From assembly GCA_003345555.1 (NCBI GenBank), contig PRDJ01000037.1, positions 1-32,000 on the forward strand: DNA of 32,000 bases, read 5' to 3'. This DNA comes from Candidatus Thorarchaeota archaeon (GTDB taxonomy: Archaea > Asgardarchaeota > Thorarchaeia > Thorarchaeales > Thorarchaeaceae). The position numbers and the translations under genes are program-made. Numbering within the stretch: the stretch's first letter is position 1; each line of letters opens with the position of its first letter. Positions 26,091-32,000 of this stretch are shown piece after piece. The notes under the pieces were generated by a model. It worked only from the letters and a program-made list of their open reading frames with translations, made no database searches and was not told the origin of the DNA.

Positions 26091-27206
26091 TTGACGTACT
26101 ACAGCCTGCCAGTGGGCATTGTTGGTAAGATTGATTTCGAGTTTCCGATGAGCGATCTTGTTGCAGTCATACCGTACGTTCTACCGTTGATCTTCGTCGG
26201 AACGTTGTTCGTTCTTTACCAGCGATATCTTCCTCGGGAAGGTCTGCGTCGGAACCTGTTCATTTTCTTAGGAGTGTTGTGCTTCGGGGTTTCGTTCTTC
26301 ATGGTTCTTTATTCTGGATTCGGTTCAGGGTGGTGGGGACCGCCTTCTTTCACCTTCGGTTCATGGTGGGCCTTCATGACTGGTCTGCAAGGCCTCACCG
26401 ATCTGGTATTCGGCTCAGTTGCCTTAGGTGTCCTATACGTCGCAATTGTGTGTGTACTATTCGGCGTCTTTGCCTACAAGATTATCGCGCCTCCGAACCC
26501 CGATTTCGTGAAGATGACTGAGGCGCTGAGGACTGCCAATGATGGGCTCAAGAGTGCGAAATCACAAGTCCAGAATCTTGAGAGTGAGAACAAGAGGATG
26601 AAAGAGTTCGTTTCTGAGAAAGAGGATACGCTTTCTTCTCTCCAGAGCCAGCTGGATGCACTCAAGTCGCAGGTCGGCGAGGGGAGCAAGTCTTTCACAG
26701 AGATGGAGGCCAAGCTCAAAGCGGCCACAACTCAGGCTGAGTCAGTTGCTAGCAAGGAAGAGGAACTGCTAGCTACCATGGCCCAGAAGGACCAAAGGAT
26801 AAGTTCATTGCAGGGAGAGCTGACCATTGCAAAATCAAAGCTCGAGCTTCCAAGGGCGATGCCCACAGGCGACTTGGCAACATTGAAGGCGGTTGAAACC
26901 AAGCTCAAAGCGGCAGAAGCCAAGCTCGAGAGCATGAATCGGAGAGCAGAGACTGCAACTGAAGTGGCGGACAGTGTAATCTCCGACCTCGCTCACCTGA
27001 TATCACAGGTCGAGTCGAGCAGATTAGATGCACAAGGCAAGAAGGCCATTACGACTCTCATAGAGAGCCTAGGCAAGGCTGTGAACCGAGTTTCTCGGCC
27101 GCCTGGCGAGAGGACCCCTGAAGAACCAAGAGTGGAAATGATAGGGGCTGTCATGATGATTCACGAAATCGTCGATACTATCAAGAAGATGACGAGGGGC
27201 ACTTGA
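26091..27206 (+). CDS. 3-TM membrane protein with a long cytoplasmic coiled coil (371 aa)
   Basis: TTG start with GGAGGT SD and a TTTAT box near 26040. Three TM helices, then a heptad-rich E/K/Q/S/L region and a C-terminal helical domain. Confidence 0.85.
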   Translation: MTYYSLPVGIVGKIDFEFPMSDLVAVIPYVLPLIFVGTLFVLYQRYLPREGLRRNLFIFLGVLCFGVSFFMVLYSGFGSGWWGPPSFTFGSWWAFMTGLQGLTDLVFGSVALGVLYVAIVCVLFGVFAYKIIAPPNPDFVKMTEALRTANDGLKSAKSQVQNLESENKRMKEFVSEKEDTLSSLQSQLDALKSQVGEGSKSFTEMEAKLKAATTQAESVASKEEELLATMAQKDQRISSLQGELTIAKSKLELPRAMPTGDLATLKAVETKLKAAEAKLESMNRRAETATEVADSVISDLAHLISQVESSRLDAQGKKAITTLIESLGKAVNRVSRPPGERTPEEPRVEMIGAVMMIHEIVDTIKKMTRGT

Positions 27207-27219
27207 GCCCCCGATAATC

Positions 27220-27264
27220 CTCTGCTTGCTGCCTCTCGCCTTCGTCTTTTCAGCGAGAGCAGAG
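27220..27264 (+). terminator. Hairpin after the coiled-coil gene
   Basis: CTCTCGC 27233-27239 pairs with GCGAGAG 27253-27259. An alternative stem is CTCTGCT 27220-27226 / AGCAGAG 27258-27264. Confidence 0.4.
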
Positions 27265-27332
27265 AGATTGTATGATTAAGGATGTAGGGTCTATGGGTCT
27301 AATTGGGGTCTATAACAGCCAGCCTTGACAGA

Positions 27333-27349
27333 AGGCTTATTAAGAGCCT
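27333..27349 (+). promoter_or_regulatory. TATA box embedded in an inverted repeat, upstream of the giant protease
   Basis: AGGCT-TATTAAG-AGCCT: TTATTAA at 27337-27343 is flanked by the AGGCT/AGCCT inverted arms. Confidence 0.45.
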
Positions 27350-27375
27350 CTAGCCGGAGTGATATTCAATCACAC

Positions 27376-27514
27376 GAGCTACAGAGAACGCGTTAGAGGA
27401 GAGACGTCTGTTAGCCCGTTGGGCCGTGTGTTTCAGACGGTAGAGGTATGCGGCAGAGAGATGGTCATCGATGACGATTTCATTCTCTGCCATGGGTTCT
27501 CTGCTCAGCGTGAG
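27376..27514 (+). ncRNA. Candidate structured 5' leader (cis-regulatory RNA)
   Basis: Three nested stems were found by eye (see findings). There is no match to a family I recognise. Confidence 0.35.
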
Positions 27515-27528
27515 GGATGAGAAAAAAG

Positions 27529-30500
27529 ATGAATAACTTACGAAGTCTCGCGGCTATGATGCTGCTGGCCGCAATGCTTGTCGGCATGACCGGCATTGCT
27601 CCGGCTGCTCCCATGGCCAGAACGAATTCGCAGGTTGTCTCAACATCATCCTTGCTAACCGAGTCAGTCCTAAACGACTGGGTAACATACTTGGACGAGG
27701 TCCGTCCCGAAACCAAGCTAGACTCCAAGCTCATGTCCTACAGGGAGACTGGAGCTGTACCCTTGGACGTTGCTGTCAGTGCGGATGGCAGACCATCAGT
27801 CTTGATAGCTGTCGCCAAGGGTGCAGACATGGAAGGCCTGAAGTCGATTGTCGATGTGCAATGGATGCTCGACTTCAAGGTCGCAGTCGTTGTCAGTGCC
27901 TATGTAGGCAGAGCGAATCTCGAGAAGCTCGAGAGCTTCAAGGGTGTAGCAGGCATTCTGTCGGACCAATTATACAAGGCGAGAGTGAATGGCATTGAGC
28001 CTCGACCTACACTGGACTATCAGGTGGTCGACGAACCCGCCATGTACAAGACCAAGGAGATAATCGGTGCAAATGATGTGGTCACAACCTACGGCTATAT
28101 TGGAACCGATGCCGTTGTTGGTGTCTGTGACACCGGTGTTGACTTCAGCCATCCTGACTTGCAGGGCGCGATCTACTTTGATCCAGTGACCGGCATGCCG
28201 GCCAGCTTCGATCCGAGCGGATTTGGCGTTGGTCTCACGATGTACCGCTTCAACCTGACCGCCGTCAATGCAACTTGGTGGACTAGTCTGTCATCGTGGA
28301 ACAAACTCACCAGTGTGGACCCAGTAACCCACAAGATCTACATACCGGGGACATGGAACCCGAACACCAACAACTTGAACAGTCTGAGGCCCCTGAACGA
28401 CTGGATAAGCGTGTACCTGACTGGATGGTGGGGTGATGCATATCCTAATCAGGCCAACCTGACAGAGTTCTACACCAATGTGATGCGGCAACGGCACGAA
28501 GTACCGAACGCAAGCACGTACATGTACAACGGCGTTCCCACTTTCTTTGCAGGCTGGATCTTCCAGCAGAGGGACGAACCATACCTGAAGGCCTTCGCAC
28601 CTGCTGTCGTGATGAACGGCAGCTCATCGTCGAACGCTAGGCTGATAATCGACTGGGAGACAGCTAACGCTTACACCCAGTTCTGGAACTTGGCCATCAA
28701 CTACGGTGCGCTAGACTTCAATGTCACAGCCGACCGTGACTACATCGAGGGTCTGGGTGACTGGAACTTCACTGACAACTTGGAGGCCGGTGAATGGTAT
28801 TGTAACAACGGCAACCTCGGAGTCAACCACATTGTGCTTGCTCACGACTACACCGGCGACGGTATCGCTGACTTCGGTCTCGGTGCGATTTGTACTTCCC
28901 AGGAACGCATTGGCTATGGTGTTGGCCTAGTCGAGGGCTTCACTCTGGGCGGACGCATGGTGGCCATTCTGTATGACACTGGTGCTCACGGCACTTTCGT
29001 TTCAGGCCAGATTGCTGGCCGTGGTGTGCTTGAGTACCCAGTCGGTCTGAACGGCGCAACGCATAAGCTGTACGGAGTAGCTAACGGTAGCAAGCTCATC
29101 GGTGAGATGGTGATTGGTACCGGATCGCACTTGGCTGCAAACGTGTGGGAGGCAGGGTTTGTCTACAACTCGACCTCAGGATACTTCGAGTGGAGTGCGA
29201 CGAGCGGTCACCAAGCTATTGTGTCAAGCAACTCTTGGGGCTGGGTCGCTCCTGAGTACCTTGAGCTGCAGCCTCTGTACTCTCTGATGTACGCAGCATT
29301 GTCGACGCCGGGATTCTTCGATGTCAGCTATCCTGGAATTCTGTACTGCTTCTCAGCAGGCAACTCAGGTCCGGGCTATGCAACAATCGGCGCGCCGTGT
29401 GCTGCACAAATCCTCTCGGTAGGTGCTTCTACAAGCTACCACACATTCGACAACTCCTACGGTCCGAACCAAGGCTACGATCAGATTGCTGACTTCTCAT
29501 CAAGAGGTCCGCTGTCGACCGGATATCCTAAGCCTGATGTACTCGCACCAGGAAGGAACACCTTTGGTATCGTGCCAGGACAGGGTGACTACCTGCTGTC
29601 GTTTGTGGTGGATCTCGGATGGGATGGACCATTCCCGCTCTATGCAACATACGCCGGTACGAGCATGGCATGCCCGATGGTGGCTGGAGTCGTTGCTCTG
29701 CTGGCCGAGGCGACTGCAGGAACAGCTCTGCCTGATGAATACAAGACAATCATACAGAGCACAGCCAAGGACCTCGGTCTCGACGGAATGAGCCAAGGCT
29801 TCGGTCGTGTCGATGCAAAGGCAGCCGTTGACTATGTGGAGGAAGTGGGCTCAGGTGTCGTTTGGGGAACCTACGACTCCACAATCAACTACGGATCTGT
29901 CGTAGCTGAGGCTTGGGCCTACTACATGGACGGCTCGACCGGATGGACTGGTGGTGGATCTGGTATCTTCATCAACAGCACTATAATGCCTACCACATTC
30001 TTGGATTCCAGTCTGTACTACGGTGTTGTATTACCGGGTGAGACCCGGAACACCACGATGTTCGGTGAGTACGCAAACGGTACCTATGTTGGCGATGCTG
30101 ACTTCTCTTGGGCCAGTTACGGCTATGAGGTCGATCAAGTCACGAGACTGGTCTGGGAAACGTTCATTTACAACGAGACCACTTCAACGGGTGCAGACAG
30201 CATCAAAGCTGGATGGTTCGATCTGCAGACCGAGCTGGGCTCCAACTGGGCTAACTTCGCTGCTGCTCAGTATGCAACAATCTTGCTCGGAGGTCCGACG
30301 AGTTTGGATAACCTGCTGTGGGCTTTCGTCTTTGATTGGACTGACACGAGCCCTGTCAACGGAATCCCTGACTACTACGACCCGATCAGCGGATTGGGTG
30401 ATGAGCTGACAAGGATTCAGTACGGTGGGGACATGCACACCATCAAGATGGACCTCAGCAGCATGAACGGAGTCGGCTCAGTCTTCTCGTACACCCCGAT

Positions 30501-32000
30501 TGTTGCCATTCATGACGACACCATCTGGGGCTGGCCGTACACAGGCGGTACCGAGCTGAACGTGACCATAATCACTTGGAAGCATGTTGCCAACTCAGAG
30601 CTTAGAGTGAGCGACAAAGATGTCTCACATCTGTGGGTCAACCTCACAGTTCCCAACGATGCAGAGCCGGGTGTCCATGAGGGCTACCTAGATGTCGGTG
30701 GACTTTACAGGATCCCATACTCGTACTTCGTAGGGACCGAAATCACCACAGCTAAGGGCGAAGAGACAGCCGTTGCCAGCGGGTACGGCAAAGTGCTGAA
30801 CCCAATGGAACTGGGTGCGAGCTTCCTGAGCCAGGATTCCTACTACACATCCCAGTCGGCTGATCACCACTCGTTCATCGTGCTTGTCAGCAACACCTCG
30901 GCCAACTACATTGGTGCCAAGGTCGAGTGGGCTGATGCAGAGAGCAGTTTCGATGTGGCGATAGTTGACATGACTGGTGCGGAGCTAGGAACCTCACTGG
31001 ATGCGAACAGGACATGGAGTGGTAGTGCTTCTGCCATAGGAGAGCTGTCAGCGGTTCCAGGAGACTACATAGTCTATGTAACAACCAATGACCTCAAGTA
31101 TGACGCTCTACCCTACAACTTCACCCTGAGTGTGATGTGTTGGACAGAGATTCCTGCACCAACGCTCACGCTGTCCTATCGCTCCAACAACAACCCCGCA
31201 TACACAGCCATCACTGCTGGCGGAACAGCATCGGGTGACCATGTCCGGATCAACGCAACTTGGACCGACGCCGTGCTGCAAGGAATGCCAGACTACAAGG
31301 TGACTTCGATTGAGATGAGACTCCTGAAGGGTGTTCTATTCACTAGGACTGTTGACTTAGTGATTCCAGAGAGTGGATACGACCCGACCACAGGGTATCC
31401 AAGCTCTGCGACTCCCCTCGAGCTAGATCAGTTTGTTTGGGTTCTTGTGCCTGGCATTACCGTAGGAGCCAACGTCAGAATATCTATTGATTTCACAGTC
31501 GCCGATTGTGATATCTATGGATACTGGGCTGACACGGATAATAGCACTTGGACCTGGCAGACCGACATCCTCGAACTCGAGATGGTGAGTGGTGCCGTAC
31601 CTGAGCATACCTCGTTCGTCTCCGAACGAGATGGCACATTGGCGTTGGGCTTATTCGACTACTCTGGCGAAGCTGGTGAAGCGTACGTTACCGTCGATAC
31701 GAGGGCGGGCATTGAGCCTTCTTCAGTCTATGGCAACACCTTCGAAATCGACACCTACCTACTAGGCAACATTGGCGGGTTCTCTGTGCTGGTCTCTAGC
31801 GATTCAGGAACGAATCTCGTGTTCTCACGGGAGATTGCAGGACTTACATTCGAGAACTTCTTCTCGCCGCAAATCGCTTCTGTGACAGTCACTGGGACTG
31901 GAGCGGTCAAGACAATCACTTGGACCGCCGCTTCCGACCTGAACGTTGGTGACGAACACTTCTACGAGATTTACCTCTCGTCTGACAATGGAGTGACTTA
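27529..32000 (+). CDS. Giant secreted pyrolysin-like S8 subtilase (partial, at least 1490 aa, runs off the window; absent from the ORF track)
   Basis: I read frame 1 manually from ATG 27529 to 32000 and found no stop. Signal MNNLRSLAAMMLLAAMLVGM. Triad D (CDTG, 28129), H (HGTFVSG, 28987) and S (GTSMACP, 29662), with AGN at 29362. About 20 N-x-S/T sequons, and an FN3-like segment at the window end. Confidence 0.95.
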   Translation, partial: MNNLRSLAAMMLLAAMLVGMTGIAPAAPMARTNSQVVSTSSLLTESVLNDWVTYLDEVRPETKLDSKLMSYRETGAVPLDVAVSADGRPSVLIAVAKGADMEGLKSIVDVQWMLDFKVAVVVSAYVGRANLEKLESFKGVAGILSDQLYKARVNGIEPRPTLDYQVVDEPAMYKTKEIIGANDVVTTYGYIGTDAVVGVCDTGVDFSHPDLQGAIYFDPVTGMPASFDPSGFGVGLTMYRFNLTAVNATWWTSLSSWNKLTSVDPVTHKIYIPGTWNPNTNNLNSLRPLNDWISVYLTGWWGDAYPNQANLTEFYTNVMRQRHEVPNASTYMYNGVPTFFAGWIFQQRDEPYLKAFAPAVVMNGSSSSNARLIIDWETANAYTQFWNLAINYGALDFNVTADRDYIEGLGDWNFTDNLEAGEWYCNNGNLGVNHIVLAHDYTGDGIADFGLGAICTSQERIGYGVGLVEGFTLGGRMVAILYDTGAHGTFVSGQIAGRGVLEYPVGLNGATHKLYGVANGSKLIGEMVIGTGSHLAANVWEAGFVYNSTSGYFEWSATSGHQAIVSSNSWGWVAPEYLELQPLYSLMYAALSTPGFFDVSYPGILYCFSAGNSGPGYATIGAPCAAQILSVGASTSYHTFDNSYGPNQGYDQIADFSSRGPLSTGYPKPDVLAPGRNTFGIVPGQGDYLLSFVVDLGWDGPFPLYATYAGTSMACPMVAGVVALLAEATAGTALPDEYKTIIQSTAKDLGLDGMSQGFGRVDAKAAVDYVEEVGSGVVWGTYDSTINYGSVVAEAWAYYMDGSTGWTGGGSGIFINSTIMPTTFLDSSLYYGVVLPGETRNTTMFGEYANGTYVGDADFSWASYGYEVDQVTRLVWETFIYNETTSTGADSIKAGWFDLQTELGSNWANFAAAQYATILLGGPTSLDNLLWAFVFDWTDTSPVNGIPDYYDPISGLGDELTRIQYGGDMHTIKMDLSSMNGVGSVFSYTPIVAIHDDTIWGWPYTGGTELNVTIITWKHVANSELRVSDKDVSHLWVNLTVPNDAEPGVHEGYLDVGGLYRIPYSYFVGTEITTAKGEETAVASGYGKVLNPMELGASFLSQDSYYTSQSADHHSFIVLVSNTSANYIGAKVEWADAESSFDVAIVDMTGAELGTSLDANRTWSGSASAIGELSAVPGDYIVYVTTNDLKYDALPYNFTLSVMCWTEIPAPTLTLSYRSNNNPAYTAITAGGTASGDHVRINATWTDAVLQGMPDYKVTSIEMRLLKGVLFTRTVDLVIPESGYDPTTGYPSSATPLELDQFVWVLVPGITVGANVRISIDFTVADCDIYGYWADTDNSTWTWQTDILELEMVSGAVPEHTSFVSERDGTLALGLFDYSGEAGEAYVTVDTRAGIEPSSVYGNTFEIDTYLLGNIGGFSVLVSSDSGTNLVFSREIAGLTFENFFSPQIASVTVTGTGAVKTITWTAASDLNVGDEHFYEIYLSSDNGVT

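Noticed and set aside
266-31608. Many short overlapping ORFs in the track (e.g. 2702-3055, 9759-10253, 21424-22176, 27480-31608 set)
   Set aside because: They are antisense or off-frame shadows of well-supported genes, including the untracked 27529-32000 ORF, and have no motifs or SD support.
1-32000. Mobile elements, integrases, CRISPR arrays, rRNA or tRNA genes
   Set aside because: I found no transposase or integrase motifs, terminal inverted repeats, repeat-spacer arrays or RNA-gene signatures by eye. tRNAscan-SE and Infernal runs would confirm this.

Overview
Gene-dense archaeal chromosomal DNA. The evidence is archaeal SD sites (GGAGG/AGGTGA), TATA-like boxes, a TFS-type zinc ribbon and N-glycosylation-rich surface proteins. 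The gene content and style suggest an Asgard archaeon, most likely Thorarchaeia; this is my inference, not a database result. There are about 25 CDSs, and I saw no rRNA, tRNA, CRISPR array or mobile element. The left half holds a DUF885-like metallopeptidase, an M29 aminopeptidase, a 10-TM protein resembling the CTL/SLC44 (Pns1) and DUF6159 families, a Usp, serC plus DUF1015, an old yellow enzyme, a truncated TFS/RpoM paralogue, a QW-repeat alpha-barrel protein and an O6-methylguanine methyltransferase. The right half is a protease cluster: TldD, PmbA and three secreted S8 subtilases with different architectures. The third subtilase (27529 to the window end, at least 1490 aa) is missing from the ORF track because it has no stop codon in the window. 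The strongest lead is the minus-strand subtilase at 22587-25457. Its domain order (signal, prodomain, S8, Ig-like, GldG/IFT52-like, TM, short tail) and its motifs match eukaryotic site-1 protease (MBTPS1/SKI-1), based on my recollection of the human sequence. Other leads are the CTL-like transporter, the TFS paralogue lacking its cleavage domain, and a structured leader with alternative pairings upstream of the giant protease.
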